Below are positions 37,019-47,818 of a stretch of DNA of 64,000 nucleotides, piece after piece (the first letter of the stretch is position 1; the number at the start of each line of letters is the position of its first letter). The notes under the pieces are model-generated. The model searched no databases, was not told the origin of the DNA, and saw nothing but the letters and a program-made list of their open reading frames with translations. The position numbers were made by a program, and so were the translations under genes. The stretch lies in assembly GCA_964230645.1 (NCBI GenBank), contig CAXRHT010000003.1, positions 96,001 to 160,000 of the forward strand, written 5' to 3'. Origin of the DNA: Bdellovibrionales bacterium. Lineage in GTDB: Bacteria; Bdellovibrionota; Bdellovibrionia; Bdellovibrionales; JAGQZY01.

Positions 37019-37978
37019 TTATTTTACCGATTTAATTTTTTCGGTAAGCAGAGGGACAACCTCAAAAAGGTCACCCACAATTCCATAAGTGGCTCGTTGG
37101 AAGATGGGCGCTTTTTCATCTTTGTTTATGGCTACAATATTCTTACTTCCACTCATACCTGCGATGTGTTGAATGGCACCGGAAATTCCGACAGCAAAAT
37201 AGAGATTGGGGGCCACAGTTTTCCCAGTTTGCCCAACCTGTAGGGAGTGAGGCACCCATCCAAGGTCAACAACGGCTCGAGAAGCTCCTACTGTAGCGTT
37301 CATAGGCTCTGCCAGATCGTGAAGGAGTTTAAAGTTATCAGCCTCTTTAAGTCCGCGACCACCAGAAACAATGACTTCAGCTTCGGTAAGGTCAAGCTTT
37401 TCAGATTCACCTTCTTCAATGGAAACTGTTTCCGTTTGTCCAGAAGGAGTTGGCCAATCAAGGGTGATGTTTTCAGGAGATCCGGACTCGTTGGCGTCAA
37501 CGAGACGGATTTGATTCGGGCGGAGTAGGACAATTTTTGCGGAATCATCTGTAAATGTTACCTGAGCTGTACACTTTCCTGCATAGAGGGGACGCTTTAC
37601 TTCAAGGCTGTCTCCCACTTCCATGTCTGTCACATCACTCATGTAAGCAAAATCGTTTTTTGCCGCCAAACGTGGAAAAATATCTCGGCCTAAATTATTG
37701 GAGCTGGCTAAAACAATTTCTGGATTTTCTTTTTCAATAAGGGACTGTAGAGCTAATTTATAGGTCTCAGGGTTGTATTGATCAGCCTGATCTTCAGCAT
37801 TTGAATAATGCTTTTTAACTCCCCATTTACCAAGAGAATCAGCGACTTTATCGGAACCTTTTCCAAAGGCGGCCGTTGATACTTCAAAACCTTTCCCATA
37901 GAGAACAGAAAGACCTTCAAGGCTACTTTTTTTAACTTCGTTGTCATGAATTTCTAGAAAAACGAGCGCTTTTTTCAT
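37019..37978 (-). CDS. etfA: Electron transfer flavoprotein alpha subunit
   Basis: VSGGRG, GASRA, QVGQTG and GISGAIQH motifs. Confidence 0.97.
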   Translation of the reverse strand: MKKALVFLEIHDNEVKKSSLEGLSVLYGKGFEVSTAAFGKGSDKVADSLGKWGVKKHYSNAEDQADQYNPETYKLALQSLIEKENPEIVLASSNNLGRDIFPRLAAKNDFAYMSDVTDMEVGDSLEVKRPLYAGKCTAQVTFTDDSAKIVLLRPNQIRLVDANESGSPENITLDWPTPSGQTETVSIEEGESEKLDLTEAEVIVSGGRGLKEADNFKLLHDLAEPMNATVGASRAVVDLGWVPHSLQVGQTGKTVAPNLYFAVGISGAIQHIAGMSGSKNIVAINKDEKAPIFQRATYGIVGDLFEVVPLLTEKIKSVK

Positions 37979-37989
37979 TGTACTATCCT

Positions 37990-38766
37990 TTACAGAACTT
38001 TGGCTTCTTCTTGGAGCAATTTAACTAATTCTTCAACCTGATCGGCAGGCTCACCTTCGATCATTTTACATGCGGCTCTTTCTGGAGGCAGAGCATAGTT
38101 TGTAAACTTAACTTTTACTTTGTCTTCACTAATACCTACGTCATCTAATGAGAGTTCCGTGATGGGCTTCTTTTTTGCTTTCATAATTCCTGGTAGACTT
38201 GCAAAGCGGGGCTTGTTTAGCCCCTTATTCGCTGTAATCATGGCTGGACACTTTAGTTTAAAGCTTTCCTTGGTGCCGCCCTCAATTTCTCGGGTGGCCG
38301 TCACCGAACCATCTCCATACTCCACACTACTTGCAACAGAGGCATGGGGGATTTCTAACATTTCAGAAAGCATAAGTGGAACTGCGGATACATTGCCATC
38401 AATAGCAAGTTTACCAGAAAAAATGAGGTGGTAGTCGCCCTCTTTTTTAATGGCCTCACCAAGAGCTTTGGCTGTGGTGAGGGCATCAAGAGAAGCGTCC
38501 GTATTAATCAAGATTGAATCATCAGCACCCATAGCCATCGCTGTTAGCAGCGCGTTATTTACGCGAGCTTTTGGTCCGAGAGTGATGGCAGTAACCCGAA
38601 CATCGTCGTTGTTTTCTTTGAAGCGAATGGCTTCTTCGATAGCAAATTCGTCATAGGGGTTAATGACCCATTTTACACCGTTGGTTTCGATGCCTTGGGA
38701 ATCAGATTTGAGCTTGATTCTCGTTTCAGTATCGGGAACTTGTTTAACACATACAAAAATTCGCAT
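37990..38766 (-). CDS. etfB: Electron transfer flavoprotein beta subunit
   Basis: VCVKQVPD, NPYDEFA and PRFASLPGIMKAKKK motifs; ATG at 38766 with a GAGGTG SD. Confidence 0.97.
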   Translation of the reverse strand: MRIFVCVKQVPDTETRIKLKSDSQGIETNGVKWVINPYDEFAIEEAIRFKENNDDVRVTAITLGPKARVNNALLTAMAMGADDSILINTDASLDALTTAKALGEAIKKEGDYHLIFSGKLAIDGNVSAVPLMLSEMLEIPHASVASSVEYGDGSVTATREIEGGTKESFKLKCPAMITANKGLNKPRFASLPGIMKAKKKPITELSLDDVGISEDKVKVKFTNYALPPERAACKMIEGEPADQVEELVKLLQEEAKVL

Positions 38767-39277
38767 ACACACCTCGTAAAGACAGATAGTTTGCTTATTA
38801 GCTTTCTAGACCGCTGCGAAATTAGGCAAGAACCCTTTTTCAAAGCTGTGGATCTAAGATTTTAAAAAACAAATAACAAAGCTATCCTCAGCTATAGTAT
38901 TTTAGACCGTCTACTTTTCCTAAATGTCGTGCTTAATGTAAAGCAGATTCACCGTATAAAAATCATTATTTTAGGGTTTCTATTTTCAATTGGTTTTAAA
39001 TAAGCTAAATATTGGGAGTTTTATATCTGAAAGCGTTCAATTCCGAGGGGCAGAGGCTGATAATTGTCAGCCATGTTTAGCTAGCTTTGAATTGAGCCCT
39101 TGAGCTTGAATCTATACTCGAAATGGCCCCAAAAGCCTTGAGCCTGTGATTTAAGGTGTGGCCTGAGATTAGATGCAGTGTTTAATATGGCTTTCAGGAA
39201 AAACGTTAACTCTATCTTTGTTCAAGATTTGTTGAACTTATTTGTTTTTTGGCATAGTGTCTAAATTGAGGTGAACA

Positions 39278-39934
39278 TTGGGTTTTTTAAGTTCTTCGAT
39301 AGGTAAAAAGTATGTGATGGGTCTTGCCGGTTTGGTTTGGACAGGTTTTGTTGCAGGTCATATGGCTGGAAATATGCTTATTTTTGTGGGCCCCGAGGCT
39401 TTTAATAGGTATGGGCACGCGATCGTCTCTAATAAGGCTCTTTTATATGGAACCGAAGCCGTCTTATTAACAGCTTTGATCGTTCATGTGGTGCTAGCAA
39501 TCATCCTGACAAAAGAGAACCGAAAAGCTAAGCCTAAAAAATATGCGGAAATGGCCGGCTCGAAAAAACGCTCCAATCTAGCGTCTCGAACAATGGCCGT
39601 TCACGGGTCGATCATATTGGCATTTATCATTTATCATTTAATTACCTTCAAGTACGGACCCCACTACCAGGTTGAGTACGGTGGTGAACAGATGAGAGAT
39701 CTTTACCGGTTGGTCATTGAGGTGTTTAATGATCCCGCTTATGTCGTAGGTTATGTTATTTGCCTTATTTTACTGGGCATTCATCTTAGACATGGGGCTT
39801 GGTCAGTTTTCCAGTCTTTTGGAATCAACCATCCTCGTTACACTCCAATTTTGAAGACCGGCGCGATTATCTATGCAGTTATTGTGGCCAGTGGTTTTAT
39901 TTCTCAACCCGTTTATGTTTTTCTTTTTCAATAA
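39278..39934 (+). CDS. sdhC: Succinate dehydrogenase/fumarate reductase cytochrome b subunit (b558 type)
   Basis: SSIGKK start, five TM segments with heme-type His residues, HLRHG..S.FQS motif. Confidence 0.93.
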   Translation: MGFLSSSIGKKYVMGLAGLVWTGFVAGHMAGNMLIFVGPEAFNRYGHAIVSNKALLYGTEAVLLTALIVHVVLAIILTKENRKAKPKKYAEMAGSKKRSNLASRTMAVHGSIILAFIIYHLITFKYGPHYQVEYGGEQMRDLYRLVIEVFNDPAYVVGYVICLILLGIHLRHGAWSVFQSFGINHPRYTPILKTGAIIYAVIVASGFISQPVYVFLFQ

Positions 39935-39946
39935 GGTGAGGATTTC

Positions 39947-41854
39947 ATGTCGTTAAACTCAAATGTACCAAATGAACCAATCGATAAAATGTGGGAGAAC
40001 CACAAATTCAAAATGAAGTTGGTGAACCCAGCCAATAGAAGAAAATATAAAGTGATCGTTGTGGGAACCGGCCTTGCCGGAGGTGCCGCCGCCGCTTCCC
40101 TGGGAGAGATGGGTTACAACGTGGAAAACTTTTGTATCCAAGATTCCGCAAGAAGAGCGCACTCGATCGCGGCCCAAGGTGGAATAAATGCAGCTAAAAA
40201 TTACCCAAACGATGGAGACTCCGTCTATCGCCTTTTCTATGACACTGTGAAAGGGGGAGACTTTCGTTCTAGAGAGGCCAATGTTTACCGATTGGCGCAA
40301 AACTCAAATTTAATTATTGATCAATGTGTGGCTCAAGGTGTTCCTTTTGCGAGAGAGTATGGAGGCTTGTTAACTAACCGTTCTTTTGGAGGCGCGCAGG
40401 TTTCAAGAACTTTCTATGCCCGTGGACAAACAGGGCAACAACTTCTATTAGGAGCCTATTCAGCTCTGATGCGACAAGTGGAAAAAGGCACCGTGAATGT
40501 TCAAGCTCGAAAAGAAATGCTCGATCTTGTTCTTGTTAATGGTAAAGCCCGCGGTATCATAGCTAGAGACATCAAAACCGGTGAAATTACCAAGCACACA
40601 GCCGACGTGGTTGTCTTGTGCACGGGTGGGTACGGAAATGTGTACTACCTTTCAACGAATGCGATGAATTCAAATGTAACAGCGGCCTGGAGATGTCACC
40701 GAAAAGGGGCTTATTTTGCCAACCCTTGTTTCACCCAAATTCACCCTACCTGCATTCCTGTTTCGGGTGATCACCAATCAAAACTAACTTTAATGTCCGA
40801 GTCTCTAAGAAATGATGGGCGAGTGTGGGTTCCCAAAGAAAAAGGGGATAAACGTAAACCCAATGATATTCCTAAAGAAGAAAGAGATTACTATTTAGAA
40901 AGAATTTACCCAAGTTTTGGAAACCTCGTTCCTCGTGATGTGGCCTCAAGACAGGCAAAATTTCGCGTTGATGAAGGACGTGGTGTGGGTAAAACAGGTG
41001 TGGCTGTTTATCTTGATTTTGCTGACGCGATTCAAAGAGAGGGTAAGGATGCCATTGCCGAGAAGTACGGAAACCTTTTTCAAATGTATGAAAAAATCAC
41101 GGGAGAAAATCCTTACGAAGTTCCAATGAAAATTTATCCGGCCGTGCACTATACAATGGGTGGACTCTGGGTCGATTACAATCTGATGAGTAATGTTGAA
41201 GGTTTATTTGTGGGCGGCGAAGCCAACTTTTCCGACCATGGTGCTAATCGCCTCGGAGCTTCGGCATTGATGCAAGGGCTTTCGGATGGCTATTTTATCC
41301 TCCCTTACACAGTAGGGAACTATCTAGGATCTCAATCGTTTGACGAAGTTTCTCCCGAGATGAAGGAATTTGAAGAAGCATATAATGGTTCAAAAAATAG
41401 AATCGATGAATTACTCGGAATCAAAGGAAGTAAAACAGTCGATGAGTTCCATCGTGAGCTCGGTCAAATTATGTGGGAAAATGTCGGAATGTCGAGAAAT
41501 GAAAAAGGACTTTCTGATGCCATTGAGAAGATACCACAATTGAAAAAAGAGTTTTGGTCTAATGTGAAGGTCAGTGGTGTTAATGAAAACATTAATGCTG
41601 AGTTGGAAAAAGCCAACCGTGTGGCTGATTTCCTTGAGCTTGGTGAGTTAATGGCACGTGATGCCCGCAACCGCGAAGAGTCCTGTGGTGGACACTTCAG
41701 AGAAGAGCATCAAACAGAAGAAAATGAGGCCAAAAGAAATGATGATGAATTTGCTTACGTGGCTGCCTGGGAATTCTCTGATGATAAGCCAAAGCTTCAT
41801 AAAGAAAACTTAGAATTCGAACACGTGAAACTGGCCACTCGAAGTTACAAGTAG
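39947..41854 (+). CDS. sdhA: Succinate dehydrogenase/fumarate reductase flavoprotein subunit
   Basis: [28 protein letters not shown] and HGANRLG motifs. Confidence 0.97.
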   Translation: MSLNSNVPNEPIDKMWENHKFKMKLVNPANRRKYKVIVVGTGLAGGAAAASLGEMGYNVENFCIQDSARRAHSIAAQGGINAAKNYPNDGDSVYRLFYDTVKGGDFRSREANVYRLAQNSNLIIDQCVAQGVPFAREYGGLLTNRSFGGAQVSRTFYARGQTGQQLLLGAYSALMRQVEKGTVNVQARKEMLDLVLVNGKARGIIARDIKTGEITKHTADVVVLCTGGYGNVYYLSTNAMNSNVTAAWRCHRKGAYFANPCFTQIHPTCIPVSGDHQSKLTLMSESLRNDGRVWVPKEKGDKRKPNDIPKEERDYYLERIYPSFGNLVPRDVASRQAKFRVDEGRGVGKTGVAVYLDFADAIQREGKDAIAEKYGNLFQMYEKITGENPYEVPMKIYPAVHYTMGGLWVDYNLMSNVEGLFVGGEANFSDHGANRLGASALMQGLSDGYFILPYTVGNYLGSQSFDEVSPEMKEFEEAYNGSKNRIDELLGIKGSKTVDEFHRELGQIMWENVGMSRNEKGLSDAIEKIPQLKKEFWSNVKVSGVNENINAELEKANRVADFLELGELMARDARNREESCGGHFREEHQTEENEAKRNDDEFAYVAAWEFSDDKPKLHKENLEFEHVKLATRSYK

Positions 41855-41862
41855 GGGATGTT

Positions 41863-42609
41863 ATGAATTTAAAATTAAAAATCTGGCGTCAAAAAGATAA
41901 AAACTCCAAAGGCCATTTTATGGACTTTGAAGCAAAAGAAATCTCAGAAGACATGTCTTTCTTGGAAATGATGGATGTCGTAAATCAACAATTAATAAAA
42001 GCGGGGGAAGAGCCTGTCGAGTTTGACCACGACTGCCGGGAGGGAATCTGTGGCTCCTGTTCAATGGTTATCAACGGTGACGCCCATGGCCCTCAGAGAA
42101 GTACTACGACCTGCCAACTGCATATGAGATCTTTTAAAGAAGGTGATCAAATTGTAATTGAGCCCTTTCGCGCGGAGTCTTTTCCTGTGCTTAAAGACTT
42201 AGTCGTGGACCGAACGGCTTTTGATAAAATTCAAGAGGCGGGAGGGTATATCTCGGTGAACACAGGTAATGCTCCCGATGCTAATGCTATACCGGTTGGT
42301 AAAGAAGAAGCCGATATGGCTTTTATGTCGGCCACGTGTATTGGGTGTGGAGCTTGTGTAGCAGCTTGTAAAAACTCCTCAGCAATGCTTTTTGCGGGAG
42401 CTAAAATCTCTCAGTATGCGCTGTTACCACAAGGTCAGCCTGAGAGACAGCAGCGGGTTCTCAATATGGTGAAAACTATGGACGATATGGGATTTGGTAA
42501 CTGTTCGAATACCGGAGCTTGTGAGATGGCTTGCCCGAAAGATATTTCCTTGGAAAATATCGCTCGTATGAATCGAGAGTACTTAAAGGCCTCAATCAAA
42601 CATAGATAG
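41863..42609 (+). CDS. sdhB: Succinate dehydrogenase/fumarate reductase iron-sulfur subunit
   Basis: [20 protein letters not shown] and [12 protein letters not shown] cysteine motifs. Confidence 0.97.
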   Translation: MNLKLKIWRQKDKNSKGHFMDFEAKEISEDMSFLEMMDVVNQQLIKAGEEPVEFDHDCREGICGSCSMVINGDAHGPQRSTTTCQLHMRSFKEGDQIVIEPFRAESFPVLKDLVVDRTAFDKIQEAGGYISVNTGNAPDANAIPVGKEEADMAFMSATCIGCGACVAACKNSSAMLFAGAKISQYALLPQGQPERQQRVLNMVKTMDDMGFGNCSNTGACEMACPKDISLENIARMNREYLKASIKHR

Positions 42610-42626
42610 GTTCATTTTAAAGCGTT

Positions 42627-42851
42627 TTAAGACGATTTTTTTTGGTTGAACAGACTAAGTTGCTCACTAACTACAGCTTCGTCCTCTTGTCTTAAAGAAT
42701 TACTGTCAGCATCCATTTCTTGATCGAATTTTCTTTGAGTCTCTTTTTCGTTAGCCTGACGAATAAGGTTCTTTATAAAAGCCTTTTTGACCTCATAGGA
42801 GCCTTCTTGTCGAAAACCGAGATCCTCCATTATGTCACCAAGCTTTTTCAT
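42627..42851 (-). CDS. Small hypothetical protein
   Basis: 74-aa ORF with GAGG SD and a sigma28-like promoter; ends EQLSLFNQKKSS. Confidence 0.7.
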   Translation of the reverse strand: MKKLGDIMEDLGFRQEGSYEVKKAFIKNLIRQANEKETQRKFDQEMDADSNSLRQEDEAVVSEQLSLFNQKKSS

Positions 42852-42869
42852 ATTAACCTCTTTGCAAAC

Positions 42870-42897
42870 TCATCGGGTTATCGAGGAAGAATCTTGA
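42870..42897 (-). promoter_or_regulatory. Putative sigma28 promoter
   Basis: The minus strand reads TCAA, 16-nt spacer, CCCGATGA, upstream of the SD of the 42851 gene. Confidence 0.45.
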
Positions 42898-42980
42898 TGA
42901 AAATCTAAGGCGGAGATCTAAGTTACTAAATTAGATCCCAAAGCGCTGTGTTAAGGTTAATAATCTTTATTTTAGAGTGT

Positions 42981-45047
42981 TTATTCCAACGGAAGAATAT
43001 CCATTTGGATGACCGAGACAGAAGTATGGTCACTATAAATAAGGTCCGTCGCAAGGATTGTTTGATCCCCCCGACTTTCGGCAATGATGGAACTCAAACC
43101 TTCAGGAAATCCACCCATTATAAAACCAAAGGGTACCTCTTCTTCAGGGTGGTCGATCACTCGGCCCCCTTCATCGAAATAAATGATTTTATCAACAGGG
43201 CTTTCAATCATTGCCATACGATAGGGAAGACTTGAATTAACAAAACCAAAGATGAGTCCTGAGCGCACATCAAGGTCATTGCTTTTAGCAAGATCGAAAA
43301 GCTTATCATCTTGGAGGTAGGGGATTTTTTGTAAGTCTTTATTTTTGGAAATAAAAGTATGGGTCTCCAACGGTTCTGTATTAAGGTGCATGAGTCCAGG
43401 GTCTCCACCGTTATTCACAGAGATGAAAGAAGGGATTTCTGAGCTATCTAGGTTTAAAGTTTTCGCGCCATCAAAAAAACCAATTTCGACTTTCTCAATT
43501 CTTTGATCGGGCCGCAATGGATCGAAAAACTCCAGGTGTTTCTGTAATTGCCCGAGGTCAATATGGACAGGAGAAATTTTACCCTGTTCCACGACAACGA
43601 GCTTTTCATCAACAATCTCTCCCTTTTTTTCAATGAGAAGTTTGTAATCCCCATCCTGAAGCCCAACAAAAGCAAAAAGTCCGTTTGAGGTAGTTTTGGT
43701 GAGGTCAAGGGAGGCTAATCCGGACTGGAAATATATAGGCTTTTCGTTTTCCAAATAAACTCTAAATCCGGATCGAACGGGTAAGCCTGAGATTTCCCCA
43801 TAAATCATGCCCTGATCTTTCACATCGCGAACACCGAGGTCTTCGATGTACCCGAAAAATGAGTCGATATACTCTTTAGTGAAGAGGGCAATGGTTGCCA
43901 TTTTCTTCGAGTCCAGCATAAAGATTGAATCAATAAAACCCGGCTTTGAAGCGATAGCCAATGTTCGAGAGTTTGTTTTTTGCCAGTTATAAAAGCTAAA
44001 AGATCCATCTTCCTTTGATTCCGTGGCATCATTAAAAGCATAAAGCGCTACATTCGCTCCTTCTACGTATCGACGAACACCAGAACCTAGTGAGTCGCTA
44101 TGGACAATCTCTCCAGCCGTATCCCAATCGATGGGATGAACCTCGATAAGGGTCGAAATCTTTTCGTTTTCAAGAGGTAGATGGGTCAGGTTAAAAATGC
44201 CCTCCCCAATCAACTCGTCCTTGTTGTCGTAGAGTGAAATGATGATGTCACCAACGAGTTGGCTAACGTTAACCTCAAAAGTGCCATCAGGAACATTGAT
44301 GGAACCACGCTGAAGCTCATTGTCACCCACAACCCAACTGACCTCCATTGAACCAAGGAAAGCGAGACCTTCTTTAAGCTCAATTGGTCCTGTGATTTGA
44401 TAATTCTCGGGGACAACAACTTCTTTCTGGGCAAGGTTATTAATGTGAACTTGTTTGTTGCTATTGTTTTTCGACTTAGGCCCAAGGTTATTCTGTGGTT
44501 GCGGGTGCCCAATGGGTTGACTGACGTTACGATTGGTCGGAGGGGCGACAAGAGTGGCAAGGGCTCCAAACTTTAGTTCTTCGCTCTGGATTTTAGTCGT
44601 GTTTTGTTCGGAGGCCACTTTAAGTTGGGTCTTCTTTTTCTCCTTCAAGTTGGTGAGTCTTTTCTGAATGTCCCGAACCAAAAGTCCACCATCAAACTGA
44701 TCGAGAAGCTTGGGTTTGTTTGCTTCTTCCTTTGTTTTTGAAATTACATGAACAGGAGGGGCGGTGACTTGAACGGGCGCCATAATTTTTTGAAAATGTT
44801 GAGCACTTTGTCCCGCTTTTAATTTGGCGGCCTCTTTTTCTTCAAACAGGTAATCGTCCTCGAAGGCGGCAAAAGCAGGCGAGAAGTGGTCAAAGGGCAC
44901 ATTGTACACTTGGCTTTCAAAAACCTGATTCTGATCTTGTGAAACACGGGTGCTTAAAACCAGAATCGTTAGCAGGCCAAGAAATCCAAGAACCCCTGTT
45001 TGATATAGCGAATTTAATAATCTCTCAAATAATCCTAATCGAGTCAC
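42981..45047 (-). CDS. Hypothetical membrane-anchored or exported beta-rich protein
   Basis: 688 aa, N-terminal TM, low-complexity linker, then segments resembling carboxypeptidase-regulatory/CnaB folds (T..NG.FAF.GL..GDY.L). Confidence 0.7.
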   Translation of the reverse strand: MTRLGLFERLLNSLYQTGVLGFLGLLTILVLSTRVSQDQNQVFESQVYNVPFDHFSPAFAAFEDDYLFEEKEAAKLKAGQSAQHFQKIMAPVQVTAPPVHVISKTKEEANKPKLLDQFDGGLLVRDIQKRLTNLKEKKKTQLKVASEQNTTKIQSEELKFGALATLVAPPTNRNVSQPIGHPQPQNNLGPKSKNNSNKQVHINNLAQKEVVVPENYQITGPIELKEGLAFLGSMEVSWVVGDNELQRGSINVPDGTFEVNVSQLVGDIIISLYDNKDELIGEGIFNLTHLPLENEKISTLIEVHPIDWDTAGEIVHSDSLGSGVRRYVEGANVALYAFNDATESKEDGSFSFYNWQKTNSRTLAIASKPGFIDSIFMLDSKKMATIALFTKEYIDSFFGYIEDLGVRDVKDQGMIYGEISGLPVRSGFRVYLENEKPIYFQSGLASLDLTKTTSNGLFAFVGLQDGDYKLLIEKKGEIVDEKLVVVEQGKISPVHIDLGQLQKHLEFFDPLRPDQRIEKVEIGFFDGAKTLNLDSSEIPSFISVNNGGDPGLMHLNTEPLETHTFISKNKDLQKIPYLQDDKLFDLAKSNDLDVRSGLIFGFVNSSLPYRMAMIESPVDKIIYFDEGGRVIDHPEEEVPFGFIMGGFPEGLSSIIAESRGDQTILATDLIYSDHTSVSVIQMDILPLE

Positions 45048-45113
45048 AACCGTTCCATGGTCAGAGTTTTATGATAAAGAAAACACTTCTCTTATCTATA
45101 TATACAATTTTAT

Positions 45114-45572
45114 TTAATAAGGACGGAAGTCGTCAATCACATCCCGTTCTTCAGGACGGGCGGCGAGGAAATCCTCTATTTCGCGAAGATACTTCTTTGC
45201 GAGATTCATGTCATAGCCTTTGAGCTCATAATCTCGACCACTTAGCTCCTCAACTCGGTAGGCAACAGCCACTTGGTAGGGTCGACGATCACCAAGAATG
45301 GTAACCTCAAGGCGGGCGCGCTCTTTTTGTTTGTATGCGGAAAGTTTTAAACTCTTTCCTGGACGATGCCATTCGGAGTAATAGGTTCGGCCATTGCGGC
45401 TCTTTCTTTTCACTCGACCTTTGAAGACGTAATACACAGCTTTGCGCACAGACTTTAAAGGGCGCAAAATTTCATCGGATTCCACGCCACTTCCAAGGGA
45501 AGAACACTGGGCAGTGGTTACCAAAATGAGTAACCACTTAACCAGTTTTGAGTATCCAGAATGACTACCCAA
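45114..45572 (-). CDS. Hypothetical exported protein, possible lipoprotein
   Basis: 152 aa, hydrophobic N-terminal stretch followed by Cys; overlaps the tal stop, suggesting co-transcription. Confidence 0.7.
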   Translation of the reverse strand: MGSHSGYSKLVKWLLILVTTAQCSSLGSGVESDEILRPLKSVRKAVYYVFKGRVKRKSRNGRTYYSEWHRPGKSLKLSAYKQKERARLEVTILGDRRPYQVAVAYRVEELSGRDYELKGYDMNLAKKYLREIEDFLAARPEERDVIDDFRPY

Positions 45573-46206
45573 TGCTTTTAGCGTCCTGTAGGAACTTCTC
45601 GATCCCTTTGTCAGTTAAAGGATGCTTAGTCAGACCTTGCATAACTTTATAGGGAACCGTCACGATGTCAGCACCAATCATAGCTGACTCTAAGATATGC
45701 ATTGGGTGACGAACAGAGGCCACAAGAATCTCAGTTTGTAATTGATAGTTCTGAAAGATGGTTTGCATTTGTGAGATCAATTCCATTCCTGGAGTTGAAA
45801 TGTCATCAAGGCGTCCAACAAAAGGTGAAACCATGACAGCTCCGGCTTTTGCGACCATTAGAGCTTGTAGTGGAGAGAAGACTAAAGTCACGTTTGTAGG
45901 GATATTTTCGGCTTTGAGACGTCTAACAGCAATCAGGCCGTCCTCGCACATGGGAATTTTCACCACAACATTGTCGTGGATTTTAGCGAGTTCCATACCC
46001 TCTTTGTACATTCCATCAGCATCAAGGCTAATAACCTCAGCACTGATAGGACCATCCACCTCTTTACAAATATCTGTAATCACTTCAGTATTTGAACGTC
46101 CAGTCTTAGCAACGAGAGAAGGGTTGGTAGTCACTCCATCCACCCAGCCTCTTTTGTTGGCTTCTTTAATTTCTTCGATATCTGCTGAGTCGATAAAAAA
46201 CTTCAT
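45565..46206 (-). CDS. tal: Transaldolase / fructose-6-phosphate aldolase family (short type)
   Basis: [13 protein letters not shown] Schiff-base Lys, NVTLVFS and SPFVGRLDD motifs. The Phe in SPF and the Glu in SAEV favour transaldolase. Confidence 0.9.
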   Translation of the reverse strand: MKFFIDSADIEEIKEANKRGWVDGVTTNPSLVAKTGRSNTEVITDICKEVDGPISAEVISLDADGMYKEGMELAKIHDNVVVKIPMCEDGLIAVRRLKAENIPTNVTLVFSPLQALMVAKAGAVMVSPFVGRLDDISTPGMELISQMQTIFQNYQLQTEILVASVRHPMHILESAMIGADIVTVPYKVMQGLTKHPLTDKGIEKFLQDAKSIG

Positions 46207-46265
46207 GCAAGTCTCCTTAACTTCTTTTTATTTAAGCCCTTTTATTCCAATAAAGGGATCAAAGT

Positions 46266-46946
46266 TCAACTTCTAATTGTTTTGAAAAAATCGTCCATTC
46301 CATAATATCCAGGAGGCTGACTAACAAGCCACTTTCCAACATCAATAGCCCCTTGTGCAAAAAGGCCTCGGTTTTTAGCCTCGTGCTTTATTTCAATAAC
46401 TTCGTCCCTAGAGTTTGCAAAAAAGCTATGAATTCCAAAGATTTCGCCCTCACGGTGGGCAATGGTTTGTTTAAGGTTTTGGGTGGATTTTCGTGCGGAG
46501 TCTTCAATTGTTAGAGCTGTACCGCTGGGTTTATCCTTTTTATGAACATGATGGGTTTCTTCGACATGATACTCGTAAAATTTATCATAGCTAGCCAGCC
46601 ACTCGGTGAGCTGACACATGAGATAAACACCAAAACTCATATTCGAGGCCCAGAAGACTGGGACCTTTTGTCCGAGTTCTTTGAGCTTTTTCTTCTGATC
46701 CTTGCTAAGACCTGTGGTTCCACAAACTAAGGGGACCTTTTGCTTTTCAACAAACTGACAAAGTTCGGTAAAACCTTCAGGAAGAGAGAAATCAATTACT
46801 AAGTGAGGGGACTCTTTGGGCTCCAAATTGGGTTGAGACCGACTGTGCCCACCTTGGAAACTAAAGATCTTGTCCTTTTCTAGTCGATTTTTGACCTCTT
46901 GGCCCATCCGGCCACTTAACCCAAAAACGAAAACATTTTTACTCAC
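46266..46946 (-). CDS. dapB: 4-hydroxy-tetrahydrodipicolinate reductase
   Basis: G.SGRMG, IDFS, GTTG and ETHHVHKKDKPSGTA motifs. Confidence 0.96.
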   Translation of the reverse strand: MSKNVFVFGLSGRMGQEVKNRLEKDKIFSFQGGHSRSQPNLEPKESPHLVIDFSLPEGFTELCQFVEKQKVPLVCGTTGLSKDQKKKLKELGQKVPVFWASNMSFGVYLMCQLTEWLASYDKFYEYHVEETHHVHKKDKPSGTALTIEDSARKSTQNLKQTIAHREGEIFGIHSFFANSRDEVIEIKHEAKNRGLFAQGAIDVGKWLVSQPPGYYGMDDFFKTIRS

Positions 46947-47818
46947 AACAACTCCTCAAATCCGGAGAATGCGACATCCACTGTTTTCTTTACGTGATCT
47001 TCCATACTAATGAGAGGGAGTCTCGTCTCATCACTTTCGATTAATCCCTTTTTGTAGACTCCGTATTTGACCGGAATCGGATTGGCAGTGACATAAAGCC
47101 CATTGATCCACTTTTTGTTTGTTTCAAACTCTAATTTAACTGCGTCATCTTTTTCAATAGCTCTTTTGATCCATTCAACCATCTTGGCAGGAGCAATATG
47201 AGAGCAAACACTGATAATTCCGTGCCCTCCCGAGAAGCAAAACTCAATACTCGTACCATCATCACCACTAAGAAGGCAGAAATCGTCCGGTACAGCATTT
47301 TTGTATTGGTCAAAATGGCTGAGATCGCCATTGGCCTCTTTAATTCCGACAATGTTTTTATGTTTAGACAGTTCAATAATGGTGCTGGGTTCAAGCTGAG
47401 CAACCGTCCTTCCCGGCACGTTATAAAGAACGACCGGCTTTGGAACTTCATCGGCTACTTTTTTGAAATGAGCTAAGAGTCCCGGCTGGGGAGGTTTATT
47501 GTAGTACGGAACCACGACAAGGAGCCCATCGATAGGATATTCACAGGCTTTTTTACTCCACTCCACCGTCTTTTTGGTGTTGTTGGAGCCACTTCCAAAC
47601 AGAATGGGGACCTGTTTGTTGACCTTTTTACAAACAAAATCAAGGACTTCCAACTGTTCCTCGGGGGTCAAGGTGGCACTTTCACCGGTGGTTCCGCAAA
47701 CGACGAAGCCTTGGATACCTTGTTCTAATTGATGATTAATGAGTTTTTCCAAAGACGGATAATCCACTTCTTGGTTTTTGAAAGGGGTGAGAAGGGCTGT
47801 AAAAACACCTTTAAACAT
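46943..47818 (-). CDS. dapA: 4-hydroxy-tetrahydrodipicolinate synthase
   Basis: GTTGES, PYYNKP, YNVPGRT, GIKEA and NPIPVK motifs. Confidence 0.97.
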   Translation of the reverse strand: MFKGVFTALLTPFKNQEVDYPSLEKLINHQLEQGIQGFVVCGTTGESATLTPEEQLEVLDFVCKKVNKQVPILFGSGSNNTKKTVEWSKKACEYPIDGLLVVVPYYNKPPQPGLLAHFKKVADEVPKPVVLYNVPGRTVAQLEPSTIIELSKHKNIVGIKEANGDLSHFDQYKNAVPDDFCLLSGDDGTSIEFCFSGGHGIISVCSHIAPAKMVEWIKRAIEKDDAVKLEFETNKKWINGLYVTANPIPVKYGVYKKGLIESDETRLPLISMEDHVKKTVDVAFSGFEELL

